A stretch of 64,000 nucleotides of DNA, from assembly GCA_964016885.1 (NCBI GenBank), contig OZ024743.1:18972001-19036000 (forward strand). The letters run 5' to 3'. This document shows positions 50,445 to 64,000 of this stretch, one piece after another. Numbering within the stretch: position 1 is the stretch's first letter; the number at the start of each line of letters is the position of its first letter. This DNA comes from Eledone cirrhosa. Lineage: Eukaryota. The notes under the pieces are model-generated. The model was not told the DNA's origin. It worked only from the letters and a program-made list of their open reading frames with translations, and searched no databases. A program made the position numbers and the translations under genes.

Positions 50445-52393
50445 TATAAACATGAGTATATCAGTAGTTGCATGCTCCATCATGCTGCATCACCAGAACA
50501 AGGTTAAATGACTGGCAAGGGGGTTCCGAGTCCAGCGCTATATGGAAAAAGGCAGAATACATGATGCACATAATGTCATAAAATGTCTTAAAATTAAAAA
50601 TTAAAAATTACACCTAACATGTATCACTTAAATGGTGCAATAGATGATAAAGAGGTTGGGAGAGGGTAGCAAGGGATGAGTGAGGGTATTACTCGGCATG
50701 ATCAGAAACAATAAGAAAATAATAAAAAAAATAATAATAAAAAAGTACAAAAATACAGGGATAAGAAAAGAGATAAATATAAAAATACAAAACAATAAAG
50801 GCACAAAAAGCCCGGAAACCCCCCGCATAGATGCACCAAAGCACAAGCAGTGCAAAAAGAGGGTGTATAGGCAGATCAAGAGAGTTTGCAAGCATGAGTC
50901 TGTGAAAAGAATAGTTGGTCAGCAGTGGTGCAGCCTTAGATTTATGATAGTCCATATGAGGGATGGTGTACTCCAAATATATCGCCTTGTAACAGGTTGA
51001 TTCTCCTTAACATATCCGCGCCCTACTAACCACATCGATATGTTCCAGTTCCGAACGTTAAGTGAGATAACACTATTTTTCCAAAACATATTCCCAGGGG
51101 ATCTATCACCATAGGCGGTCGGGGATATACACCTACAATCTACAATAAAAAAAGAAAGAACGACGATTTAAAGAGATGTATGGCACATATACAGCCGGCA
51201 CAGATGTGAGGAAATTGAAAACATTCGGTCGCTCAATCCAACGTGCCAGGTGAAATTCACTGTATGTCCAAGTTGACGTTCAACCAATGTATCGCTCCGC
51301 ATACAACTGTACCACAGTAAATACAAATCGTGATGGCAATCCCGCTACATATAGAGAAAAAGTGTATACAGGAAACTGCGCTTCCAGAATAACATATGGC
51401 AGAATGAGCATATGTTATAATAATAGGCGGGTTTATTATAGTGAGTGCAAATTTCTGTAGAATATATAGATATATATATATAGAAGGGATAACTCAGAAC
51501 TAAACCTGTCAATGACAGCTATGTCATTTATATTTCCGCCACTTGATTTTCGTTTAGATTATTGACTCCGGAGGTTGCAATCCATTCACAGTCGGGTGTG
51601 ACCCCTTCTGGGTCGGCGGTAGTTCAATATCCAGTGCTGCACTTTGCCTTGAGTGTGGTTCTATAATTCATCAAAGCCGGAACACAATTCATATTCAACT
51701 AACTCCAAGCTTCAAAGATTCGTCTCTCACTAGTGATTCACAACCCTATTCTGAATATAAACACAGGAAGTCGTAGTGTACGTATGAAAGGTATGGGAGG
51801 CAATTTGCGTCATAAAGGGCGGATTCTTTTGATATCCAACGGGGTGCTAGGGGCGAGTCTTTTGTTTGATTCGAAGCCCTCCGCGATCAAGCTCACCTCC
51901 TCCCTGGGGCTAGGTCGATTCAGCGGCGCCCAGCCCACACGATTTGCTACCATAGTTCACCATACCAGGTTAGATCTATTACACACCTTAGGTTAACTAG
52001 ACCCCGGGGGCCCAATTCACCCGCTTTATAGTTGCGGCGGGGTTTTCTGGGCTTTCGACAGACTATAGTGATGTGCTATCAGTTATCGCACAAAGGGTGT
52101 GTTTATAAACCATACCAATATGGTTAGTGTGGGTATGTGCATATATAGGGTCATGCTGTGCTAGGTATAGTGAAAAGCCTTAAGTAGGTTCCACCCCAAG
52201 TTTCTTGGCTTGTGGTCCAATAAGATGAACTGGGGAAGAGAGGAAGAAAAGTAAGAGAGGGGGGAGAAGAGAAGAGGTATTAGAGTAGTCTATATTCACC
52301 TGAAGGGCAGTTATCGTCACAAAGGAATCAGGATGCAGTGCGGCGTGGTTTTACGTAGGCCAGACAGGACGGGTGTATGCAGGTCCTACAGCG

Positions 52394-54920
52394 TTATCTA
52401 TTTGGTTTAAAATAATAGAAGGAGCTAAGATTTATGTGCGGGCGAGAAGAGAATATCTCCGACTTCCTATTTAGCAGGTTCAGTTTGGACTGTATTATGG
52501 CGTGTGATTCAGAGAGACAAACGCCACATGTCTTGTTAGGGGTGTCTGTACTGCGATGATTTAGTGATGATTCTCCATTCAAGCGGGTATTGAATATCAG
52601 TGTTCTTCAGGAGCGATATGTAACTAGCTAGGGATGTAGTATTCTTAAGTCTATCATCTCTAAATGTATAGCGCTGGGAGTTGTATCTGGTCTTCAAGGG
52701 GGTCGATATAGAGCCTATATATGTTTTGGAGGAGGTCCGAGTTGTAACATCGCATGCGTAGACAATATTGTTTATAAGGCATTGTCTCTTTAGAGGGCAG
52801 TCCGCCCTTCGTCTACAGTTACATTTTCGGTGTATGTGAGTCTGCGGCACAGGATATGTTTTGTTTTCCGTGCGTTCCAAATTTGGCAACCGTACATGTG
52901 TGGATAGTATTGCTGGGTGAAACCGCATCAGGTCCATCTAGTGGCTGCCTGTGTGCCGCAGCTGCAATGGTATCGAAACCCTTTCTAATTTTGTTATTAT
53001 TCGTTATGGCTAGGTGACGAGCTAGATTTGGAGTAGTGGAGAATAATAGCTTAATTGTGTTTTTATTAATGATACTATGGTATTTACTACCGGGGGGGGG
53101 GGGGGCAAGATCGAGAGGAATGCCTTTGGTATATTGGTTGATACCTCCGAGTTGTAAGGTGGATTAAAGTAGGAATTAGATATTCGTCTATTTTTCTTAT
53201 TTTTCGTACTAGGGAAAGAGTTGGCCCTGGGCATCGACAACCCATCTTCCGTGGTAGAGAGAACCTGGGGTGGTAACCCTACCTGGGGGGGTTCACAGGC
53301 TTCCCTGTCTTTCCCATTGCACTTCAATTTTCTAGCTTTTATCCTAGTGTTAGTGTTATTGCCATACCGAGGAGGCGTGTTAAATGGAGTCCCTTGGGGT
53401 TGGTCAGAGCCGCCTACAGTACCCGCGTAGTTCCTATTTTTGTGTCCGCTTCTTTTAGGTAATGCCATATTGTGTGTGATTACATTATATTGTCTGGCCC
53501 TGGTGGTTTGGGCGTTGTTATGTATGTAGCATATTGTTTCTCTAAAACCGGACTTTGCTAGTGCTTTATTATAGTACCTTGCATTAGACCTAAATGCATG
53601 CTCGTTATGTGATAGTCTGCTAATCCTGTTAGATACCCCTTTAATTATGGCATTTAGGACGAGTCTAGGGTGGTTGGAATTTGCATTCACGTATGTTAGT
53701 GTTTCATCTGGCTTGTGGTAGGCTGAGAAGTATTTATTTTTCAAGTCCAAGGTTACATCTAGAAAGTTAACCGTTTTATTATTTATGTCTATCGTTATGC
53801 TAAGGTTAAAGCTTTTGAAGAATTTATGTAGTTCTTTTTTCGTCCTTTCTATATTATGTTTTGTATATTCAATAGTGAACAGGGCGTCGTCACGGTATAG
53901 CCCGCCTTTGAAGTGCGGGAATGTTTTATGCATTTCATGGAGGACGTAAAGTTCAACCAAGTCAGTGACCTGCGCCGAATCGCTGGACCCCATTGTGACA
54001 TCAAAGTTATTCAGCGTGTTCTTCCGGGTCCAAAGTTGGTCTTCGAAGAGGATTATAATTTTCCGGGCAGAAATGATGATGTCAATTTGGGATCTGTCAG
54101 GTCACTATTTGGCATAGCTAATATAAAGGGCTTATTTAGGAGGATAGGAGAGATCGAGGTATAGTATGAATTGATATCGAATTGGATGAACTTCAGGGAT
54201 TTATGGTTACGAATGCTTGAGAACCATTTAATGGCCTCCTCAGTATTCCCCCATAGGTCAAGGTAAATTTTACTTCGTATAACAGTGATGACGGCGTCCA
54301 ATATTTTCTTACTTATTATCCCTAAGTCAGACTTAGAGGGGCTAATGAGCCTAATTGAGGGGTTACTAAGGAAGTCCTTTTTGTGATCTTTCAGTGTGAA
54401 TCTGAGTTGCTTAGGGGTGAAAGGCTAGGTGTACCTTTTCAAGTTCAGCATCTTAACGATTTCTAGCCCTTTCTTATTTATCTCGTCTAGGTTTCCATAG
54501 GTAGTTTTCTTATAATTTCTGTAGAGTTCCCTGTATATGAAGTTTATGTAAGTCTTGTAGTCCAAGTTATATAATTTTTTTTGTTTTATCTGAGGGGACA
54601 AGAATGTTAGCATTTTCCTCGAAGCCCTTAATAATAGAGCTAAGATCTCTACGGAAAGGCTTCTTGATATGGCTTTAGTCCTATATCTAATACCCTTCAC
54701 AAGGTTTAGAAGGTCGCTTTCAAAGCCATCCAGACCACTATTGTGCGGTGGGCTCTTGTACATCTTGAATCCATACCTATTTACCGGGTTGGAAAGCACG
54801 CCACCTTAATCTTTTAACAAATGAGTTTACGCTAGCTATGAGCAACCTTTCGTAAATATTTCTAGATGGGATGGGAGTGTTCTTGAGTGACAAAAGTAGA
54901 TGGTCATTGGTTAGCATACT
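52394..54920 (-). pseudogene. PLE RT-GIY-YIG ORF, several frameshifts
   Basis: KRLRWRAF, FIQFDINSYYTSI, MGSSDSAQVTDLV, GLYRDD, NFLDVTL, SNHP, KCNCR..DCPL..QCL..NIVY, YIGS, CGVCLSE, LLNRKSEIFS. Confidence 0.92.
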
Positions 54921-55181
54921 GTCAAATGTATGCACTAGTGTGCGACTATAGTTGCATAGATCTGCTAATACATGTATGCGCACAGTGATTATATTGTTTA
55001 GCTCAACCCAATAGGAGCCGTTATATTTCGTTGACAAATATATCAATATGCGCAGACATGTAGATATATTGCCCTTGGTATGACAGTGTGGTTTTAGCTC
55101 AATGTAGGAAAACTAGTATATTACAGAGCCGTTATAGTTATAGGAACAACCAAAGAGTGCTTAGAAATACATTGTTTTATT

Positions 55182-55228
55182 AGCTAACAGTGTTTCATCC
55201 ATGCACCATGGCAGGAATCCTCAGAGCC
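55182..55228 (-). ncRNA. Hammerhead motif in 5' pLTR
   Basis: GGCT-CTGAGGA-T-TCC...GGA-T-GAAAC-ACT-GTT-AGCT. Confidence 0.75.
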
Positions 55229-57388
55229 TATAAACATGAGTATATCAGTAGCTGCATGCTCTATCGAGCTGCGTCACCAGAACAAGGTTAAATGACCAGC
55301 AAGGGGGTCCCGAGGCCAGCGCTATATGGAAAAAGACAGAATACATGATGCACATAATGTCACAAAATGTCTTAAAAGTTTAAAAATTAAAAATTACACC
55401 AAAAATGTATCACTTAAATCGTGCAATAGATGATAAAGAGGTTGGGAGAGGGTAGCAAGGGATGAGTGAGGGTATTACTCGGCATGATCAGAAACAATAA
55501 GAAAATAATTTTTTAAAAAATAATAATAATATTAATATTAATAAAAAAGTAAAAACATACAGGGATAAGAAAAGGGATAAATATAAAAATACAAAACAAT
55601 AAAGGAACAAAAAGCCCCCCCCCCAAAAAAAAAAGAAAATATAAGACAAAGCAAAGCATAGATGCATCAAAGCACAAGCAGTGCAAAAAGAGGGTGTACA
55701 GGCAGATCAAGAGAGTTTGCAAGCATGAGTCTGAAAAGAATATTCATATACGTATGTTACGGATGCATCTCCTGCTCTAGTAGTCATATACATGTCCAGT
55801 TGTGCGCACGAAACCTGATTACCAAATCTAATTACCTTCTTACTCTATAGTTGTTACTTTAATATTTTATTGTTAGCAAATCTTATCGTTGTCTTAATTT
55901 TCTATGCACATCTGTTTCTTTTTTTAATATTTCAATCATTATCTATTTAAGCTTGACCTGTCCCTATCTTATCTTCTCTATTTTTTCCTTGTAACCATTA
56001 TATTGCCCTATTATTAAGTTGGTTGCATCAAATATTACGCAGAGGAAATTATATTAGTAAAGATATCTTTGTGGATATATGTATTTATTGTTTATATATT
56101 ATTGAGGCGCGACAGCCTGTTGGGTAATACTAACAAACGCTTCTAAGCTTTGTTCTTAAATATATATCTTTATGAGCCGAAAAACCTAAAATATTTTCCT
56201 GAAGCTTAAGTCTATTGATACTGTTTATAGTTAGATTACTGCAGTCATCTAACAGTAATTACATTCTTCACTGTCAATAGTTTCTTACACTTCATTAATT
56301 TGTATAGATAGTAACATCGCTAAAAACATCGTTCCCGATTTAGTATTTCATGAACTAACAACACTAGTTGTATGTTGGTTTTATTATATGATTTGTTAAA
56401 CAAGAGGTTTTATGTATGTTTTTCGTAAAGTATCTTTGTATTAATGGCATAAAGCAAATGTTTTGTAGATTGAAACAAATTCTATGATCGCATTTAATCA
56501 ACGTCAATGTGGAGACCATTAAGCTTTGATTCGTTAGCATTCAACTGATATGAAATAGCTTAAATATCACACATTTAATAGAAAGTTGTCAGTTTATCGG
56601 TCTAAGTGACATGATTTCGTGCTTAAATAACACAACACTTTGTTGTTGGGTAAATCAGTAAATATTTTCCGCGTGTTTGAATACATACATCTCGTGTATT
56701 TGTCGCGTGTAGTACAGAAGGATAATGAATGGGCAGGAACAAGATGATGTGGTTTAGTGATCAACAACTGAATCTTTTCTAGCATGAGAAGATGTGAAAG
56801 ATACTTTATAAAATGGTATTGTATCTACTCTTCCTCTACATTAAATCTCCATATATTATACGAGGAATTCTGCATTAAAGTTTAGTAGTATGTTCTTATG
56901 TAGAAAGTGATTCATAGATTTTTCTAGCAGCGGATACAATTAATTTCATCGGAAACAAATGAGACAATACAAGAACATATCGATTATGTGGCATACATTA
57001 ATAAATAACACTAGGTTGTATATTGGCAGAAACGTTAGAATGGCATACAAAATGTTTGCTGCATTTTTACGACCCATTGCATTAAATATTACCGATGACA
57101 TTTATGTATTTCCTCGTTTATGCCTCGATAAATAAATTGCGAGTGAAGGAGGGGTAGTTTATTTTGTGTCTTGTTTTCCTCCTGTATCTTTGATTTTTAA
57201 GTTCAAGTTCGGCCATGCCGTTTAACAATCTGCCTCTTGGGATGAAAGTTTCAGCCAAGTTCATTTGGTAGAAGCAAATAGTGACTAAATGATGAAAGAC
57301 ATAAGAGTACAATTTTCAAAATAATAACCAGTAACTAGAAACATTCTCTAATCGAGTCAGACTTCGAAATTATGTTGCATTTTCACTA

Positions 57389-57462
<74 letters not shown>

Positions 57463-57496
57463 TTATTTATGAAGGTATGACGATAAATGTCTCTAA

Positions 57497-57792
57497 TACA
57501 TCTCAATAAAAAAATAAAACATATTCATCAATTATTTACTCAGAGAAGTAATAAAATCTATTACACTTAATCAAAAATATCTGTGTTAGGGGATATAAGT
57601 TAATTAAAATAAGTCAACTTTACTCATTTAGTTCCCCGAGCATGGTCTTGGAACTGTGTGAGTAAAACCGACTTATTTTAGACTGCCTCGCGTATATACT
57701 CTCACATAGATATTTTGGCGTAATTTTAATATATTTTAATACTTCTCTGAGTATATAATTTATCAATATAACTTATCCTTTCATTGAGATGT
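57497..57792. repeat. Old imperfect inverted repeat
   Basis: ACATCTCAAT/ATTGAGATGT, TACTCAGAGAAGTA/TACTTCTCTGAGTA and AAAATAAGTC/GACTTATTTT are mirrored around ~57645. Confidence 0.6.
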
Positions 57793-58111
57793 GTAATTAA
57801 ATAAGACGGTTAACTTTACAAATTAATATTAACTACTCCATCAGTTAAGGTTGATATTTCCCGCGCCAATATAAGACTATCCTATTGTCCTAATACATTG
57901 TGTGGGAAATAATCATATAATACTTCTGTGATGGAAAACATTTGACACCGTGCTATGGATGATATGTATTGAACTTCTCATCTTAACCCAAAGAATTCTT
58001 CAATTATTGCTTATTGCAATATCTTGGAATGATTAATGTTGTTTCTTGAATTCCAGAACATGGTCGCGATAGAAGGAAAGAAGGATATATAATATATAAT
58101 ATATATATTTA

Positions 58112-58165
<54 letters not shown>

Positions 58166-58167
58166 TA

Positions 58168-58507
58168 TGTACGTATGGCTTTACCGAACATTTATTATAA
58201 TGTTCGATTTGTTTGTAAACAAACAGCCTGAATTACGCCGTGCAGTGTTCGGCAACCATCGTTGCCCATTTGTTCAACTCTGACAAAGGAATATGCATAA
58301 GGAAAGTATATACTTTCAAACGCTCAATCATCTGACATAAATGTATACGATACTGACGATAGTTAATAAGCTTGAAACTAGTTCATCTTTCCTTTGTCAG
58401 TGTTGAACAGAAGGGCAACGACGGTTGCCGAACACCGTACGGCATAATTCGGGCTGTTTGTTTACAAACAAACCGAACATTATAATAAATGTTCAGTAAA
58501 CCCATAC

Positions 58508-58554
<47 letters not shown>

Positions 58555-59130
58555 CATATATGTGTGTGCATGTATGTATATACATACGTACTACTGTACG
58601 TCTGTATACATATATGTATGTACGTATACAGATTTATATTCAAGTAACAGCCGTACTAAAGGTGAGAAATGAAATTTCGTTTCATTCTTTACCATTTATC
58701 GTTTTCGGTACGCCCGGCCAACTAACTCAATCGATATACAAATTAGGCTGCTCAGTCGTTAATATGAATAAGGAAAGTATATACTTTCAAACGTTCAATC
58801 ATCTTACAGGAAGGGATACGATGCTGAGGATAGCTAATAAGCTTGAAACTTGTTCATCGTTCCTTCGTCAGTGTTGAACAAAAGGGCAACGATGGTTTCC
58901 GAACACTGTACGGCGTAATTCGGGTTGTTTGTTTACAAACAAACGGAACATTATAATAAATGTTCGGTAAGCCCACACGTACATATATATATATATGTGT
59001 GCATGTATGTATATATATATATACATAGAACTGTACGTCTGTATACATATATGAATGTACGTTTACATACTTATATTTAAGTACCAGTCGTACTAAGAGT
59101 GAGAAATGAAATTTCGTTTCATTCTTTTCC

Positions 59131-59135
<5 letters not shown>
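58168..59135 (+). mobile_element. Repeat family A: inverted fragment plus two tandem units, each with a hammerhead motif
   Basis: 58168-58291 is inverted; units at ~58297-58697 and ~58700-59135; TA tracts outside and inside. Confidence 0.85.
58818..58860 (+). ncRNA. Minimal hammerhead motif (family A); sister motif at ~58349-58387
   Basis: ACGATG-CTGAGGA-T-AGC-TAATAA-GCT-T-GAAAC-TT-GTT-CATCGT: perfect 6-bp helix I. Confidence 0.78.
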
Positions 59136-59168
<33 letters not shown>

Positions 59169-59701
59169 AGAGAGAGAGAGAGAGAGAGAGAAAGATAGGT
59201 CAGGCATAGGGGGATATTGAAACATATATATATACATATATTACGAGTTTATATACAATATATATACAATATATATTTCACTGTATCACAGAGTTCCCAA
59301 CATGAGACTCATGCAAAACGTACTTCAATGGAAATAAACTAGAGTCTATTTAGATATTTGCGTCATGCATATAGCAAATGCAAAGCATCGGCTGAAAATT
59401 ATCATTTGCATATAGTTAAATTGGCTCTTTATGTTTAGTTGGCAGTAGCACTAATTCAGCCATTAAGCATAAAGGAGATGTATATAAAAACACAAACGGT
59501 TACTATGGTTATCAAAGAAAAATATGTTTTCGTAAAGAAAAAATGTCTTTCCCTCCTTTCCTCTTTGAATATGTGACACAGCTGCCAGTATTATGCTTAA
59601 TATGAAATCGTATATATATATATATATATATTGTTATGCTTTGGGAGGGTGATGTTGCCAATTCAGAAACGAAATATATATATATATACATATATATATA
59701 T

Positions 59702-59762
<61 letters not shown>

Positions 59763-59771
59763 TATATTATA

Positions 59772-59879
<108 letters not shown>

Positions 59880-59911
59880 AGATCAAAAGATGGTTAAAGG
59901 AGTTCCATGTA

Positions 59912-59978
59912 TTTTATTATGCGCATTTCAAAAACAAACATCATCATGCAATAATATTTGTGTTTTCATCAGATAAAA
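59912..59978 (-). ncRNA. Hammerhead motif in pLTR (mirror copy begins at 63970)
   Basis: Reverse complement of the 309-375 motif with one helix II substitution. Confidence 0.78.
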
Positions 59979-60997
59979 CAGGAGAACATGATATGAAGGC
60001 TAAAAAACACTTGTGGATAGTGCAGTTTTAAATCAACATATGAGAAGTGGTTTTAGATTGATGTGTGATATTGGGAAAAAATATTTTATTTAGAGAGGGG
60101 GGGTGGAAAGGATGAAAAAGGGGAGGAGATGAGAGGGAGAGATGGGTGATAGAGAGAAAGAGATAGTTTTTATAACTGAGAGGAGATATATTGTTTTACA
60201 TAGAGAGGTTGAAAACCGTTGGAAGATAATGTATAAATTAAAAAAATTTGAAAATTAACGAAGGGAGGATATGTGCGAGGAAAAAATATTTTATTTAGGG
60301 GGGGGGAAGGATGAAAAAAGGGGGAGGAGATGAGAGTGAAGGTGGAGAGGGAGAGATGGGTGATAGAGAGAAAGAGATAGTTTTTATAACTGAGAAAAAG
60401 ATATATTGTTTTACATAGAGAGGTTGAGAACCGTTGGAAGATAATGTATAAATTAAAGGAATTTGAAAATTAACGAAGGGAATTTATGTATGAAGATAGA
60501 GAGAAAAAATAATAATTGTGGATGAATATTCTAACGTCAAAAAAAGGATATGTTGATAAGTATTGTGGCAATTTCAAAATTAACGAAGAGAAAAATTATT
60601 AAGGTTTGTGTGTAGAAAGATTTGAGAAAAATAATGTGAAGTTAAAGTTTGTATATTGAAGGAATTGATAATATATGCGAATAAAGAGTTAATATGTATT
60701 AAGAATGAGTTCGTTGATGGGGAGAAAAAAAAATTAAGGATGAAATTGAGATTAAAAAGATTTATGATAGAGAGAAAAAATAATAATGATTGCGGATGAA
60801 TATTCTAACGTCAAAAAAACAAATGTATATGTTATGAAGGATTTTACAAGGTGAAGATAGAATGAGGGTAATGAGTAAACAAGTATTATAGAGTGTATAA
60901 TGCCCTTTAAAGTATGGTAGGAAGATGGGTATATTTTAAAGAGGTGTATGTATATGTGCCTTTGAGAAAAGATTCTAAATTGATAAAGAATTGAATA

Positions 60998-62707
60998 TTA
61001 ACTGTATACTTTGTGAAAAGTCCTATGAAATTTATGCAGGCAGATAGAAAACAAATCTGTACGTCTATTTATTATATAATCTAGGTTAGAGATAATGGTA
61101 ATTTTTTCATTTAGGCAGAGATTACAGATTTTAGATAGAGAGCTGTTCAAGTATGAGGATGCAGAAGAAACCTTCTTCCAAAAGATGGTATATTTAATGT
61201 TTTTGTCTTTTAAGGACCATATGAGTTCTGAGAGAGCAGTTTTGGTTCTTTTAAGTTTGTATTTGAAAGATGAATGATGATTATAGAGACGAGCTTTAAA
61301 AGAGGTGGAAGTGGAGCCAAAATAGGTGAAGGAATTGGTGCTAGTTATAATTTTACATTCATAAATTAAGTTTTTATCGAGACAATGGTTGTTGAGAGGA
61401 CATTTATTTTTAATGCGGTAGTTGCAATTAGAGAGATTATTAATGAGTGACCTAGTGTTATCTATAGAAGGAATTGGATTGGAGAAGTTGTTTGCGATAG
61501 GAATAATAGGAATAATAGTTTCTTGATTTAGAGTTGGATTATGAACATTTAGCGAAGTTGTGTTTGACGTTGTATTTGGGTTTACAGAAGTTAGCCTAGG
61601 GTTTACAATGACGTCGGGAGTACTATTACTGTTATTATGAAATTCAATGTTGGAAGGAAGAGATTTAGTATTTAGTATTTTATTGTTGTGTTTAGAGATG
61701 ATGTTGGAAATATTGGAGGATGTGGAATAAGAAAATTTGATGGTGTGTTTGTTAAATATTTTACTATAGATATGTGAGGGAGGGAAGCATTTATTTAAGG
61801 CACTAAAACATAATTTAGGAATATTGTTATTAATAGAGATGGAGAAAGGAGCATTATACCAGATTATGTTTTTGTATCTAGGTCTTTTATTAGAATTATT
61901 GGAATGATCATGATTAATTATTCTACTGTAAGTTTTTCTAGAATTTGTTTCTTTACTATATTTGATTTTATCTGGATAGCCGGCTTTAGAAAGTGCGTTA
62001 TTATAGTAATTGGCGTTAGCATCAAAGATGTTTTTATTGGAGGATATGTTAGATATTCTTATTCCAATATTACTAACTATAGCATTCTTGATATTGGTAG
62101 GATGGTTAGATTTAAAGTTAACATAATTTAAGTTCTCATTGTTTTTATGGTAAGGGTAATATAGGCCAGTGTCAAGATTAAGAGATACATCCAAGAAATT
62201 AGCTAGTTTGATACTATTATCAAATTCAATTTTTAGGTTATGTTGGTTAAAGAGATTACGTATATTGTTCTTAATAATATTAAGGTTAACTATATTGCAA
62301 TTTAGGATAGTAAAGAGTCCATCGTCACGATAAATTCCACCGCGAAGTTGAGGAATTTTCCGACTCAAAGAGTTCAAAATGAAGATACCAATTAAATCAG
62401 TCAATTGAGATGAATCGGATGCTCCCATTGTGATGTCGAAGTTGTTAGAGGTTTCGGCTCTGGTCCAATATTCGTTGTTGAACTCTAGGATGGTTTTACG
62501 TGCGGTGAGGATGATGTGAAGTTCATCTGTGGTGATGTCAGAATATTTAAGTGCGAAAGATAGAGCATTATTGAGAAGTGAAGGCGAAATGGAGGAATAG
62601 TAGCTGGCAATATCAAATTGAATAAATTTTAGTTTGTTTTTATTATCCAATTTGTTGAACCAGCCAATCACCTCAGATGTACCAAACCATAAATTTAGGT
62701 TCAAAGA
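60998..62707 (-). pseudogene. PLE RT-GIY-YIG ORF, open reading frame but N-terminally truncated by the inversion
   Basis: FIQFDIASYYSSI, DITMGASDSSQLTDLIG, GIYRDDGL, NFLDVSL, SNHP, CPL..HCL..NLIY, YFGST..SFKARLYNH, CNLCL.E, INRR......C.H. Confidence 0.9.
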
Positions 62708-64000
62708 AGAACTCATATGGTCCTTAAAAGACAAAAAACATTAAATATACCATCTTTTGGAAGAAGGTTTCTTCTGCATCCTCATACTTGAACAGCTCTC
62801 TATCTAAAATCTGTAATCTCTGCCTAAATAAAAAATTTACCATTATCTCTAACCTAGATTCTATAATAAATAGACGTACAGATTTGTTTTCTATCTGCCT
62901 GCATAAATTGCATAGGACTTTTCACAAAGTATACAGTTAATATTCAATTCTTTATCAATTTAGAATCTTTTCTCAAAGGCACATATACATACACCTCTTT
63001 AAAATATACCCATCTTCCTACCATACTTTAAAGGCCATTATACACTCTATAATACTTGTTTACTCATTACCCTCATTCTATCTTCACCTTGTAAAATCCT
63101 TCATAACATATAAATTTGTTTTTTTTGACGTTAGAATATTCATCCGCAATCATTATTATTTTTTCTCTCTATCATAAATCTTTTTAATCTCAATTTCATC
63201 CTTAATTTTATTTTTTTTTCTCCCCATCAACGAACTCATTCTTAATACATATTAACTCTTTATTCGCATATATTATCAATTCCTTCAATATACAAACTTT
63301 AACTTCACATTATTTTTCTCAAATCCTTCTACACACAAACCTTAATAATTTTTCTCTTCGTTAATTTTGAAATTGCCACAATACTTATCAACATATCCTT
63401 TTTTTGACGTTAGAATATTCATCCACAATTATTATTTTTTCTCTCTATCTTCATACATAAATTCCCTTCGTTAATTTTCAAATTCCTTTAATTTATACAT
63501 TATCTTCCAACGGTTCTCAACCTCTCTATGTAAAACAATATATCTTTTTCTCAGTTATAAAAACTATCTCTTTCTCTCTATCACCCATCTCTCCCTCTCC
63601 ACCTTAACTCTCATCTCCTCCCCCTTTTTTCATCCTTTCCACCCCCCTCCCTAAATAAAATATTTTTTCCTCGCACATATCCTCCCTTCGTTAATTTTCA
63701 AATTTTTTTAATTTATACATTATCTTCCAACGGTTTTCAACCTCTCTATGTAAAACAATATATCTCGTCTCAGTTATAAAAACTATCTCTTTCTCTCTAT
63801 CACCCATCCCTCCCTCTCATCTCCTCCCCTTTTTCATCCTTTCCACCCCCCTCTCTAAATACAATATTTTTTCCCAATATCACACATCAATCTAAAACCA
63901 CTTCTCATATGTTGATTTAAAGCTGCACTATCCACAAGTGTTTTTTAGCCTTCAAATCATGTTCTCCTGTTTTATCTGATGAAAACACAAATATTATTGC

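Larger units (their letters stand above)
50349..55733 (-). mobile_element. Full-length decayed PLE (Naiad-like) with direct pLTRs 50349-50902 and 55133-55733
   Basis: Two ~550-600-bp diverged direct repeats bracket a frameshifted RT-GIY-YIG ORF and a long 3' UTR. Confidence 0.92.

Noticed and set aside
57118-57312. 64-aa minus ORF (MNLAETFIPRGRLL...)
   Set aside because: No recognisable motif or clear splice context; length compatible with chance.
60070-60830. Repeated blocks resembling an array or CRISPR
   Set aside because: Irregular tandem duplications inside a PLE 3' UTR in eukaryotic DNA; no repeat-spacer periodicity.
62708-62734. Apparent start MSFKDHMSS of the 578-aa ORF
   Set aside because: It lies in the inverted arm; the true N-terminus is missing.

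Overview
Very AT-rich eukaryotic (animal) DNA dense in (TA)n/(CA)n/(GATA)n microsatellites. The SINE type and microsatellite load suggest a cephalopod (octopus-like) genome; this is inference. No host gene could be established, and nearly all six-frame ORFs are microsatellite translations. The window is mostly mobile elements. There are four large Penelope-like elements (PLEs; RT + GIY-YIG endonuclease) at 27.2-30.3, 39.4-46.4, 50.3-55.7 and 59.9-64.0 kb plus PLE fragments, one decayed near-full-length Tx1/L1-type LINE (10.1-15.9 kb, minus), four tRNA-derived SINEs, an internally deleted Tc1 element and a probable Chapaev3-type transposase relic. The main observation is that minimal type-I hammerhead ribozyme motifs (CUGANGA...GAAA-N-palindromic loop-NUH) can be folded by eye in about ten different repeat families. 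They occur in PLE terminal repeats and in many short non-coding fold-back or partial-tandem mini-elements sitting in (TA)n tracts. Five families share a U-U mismatch at the base of helix II. One PLE (39.4-46.4 kb) is intact except for a single missing base.
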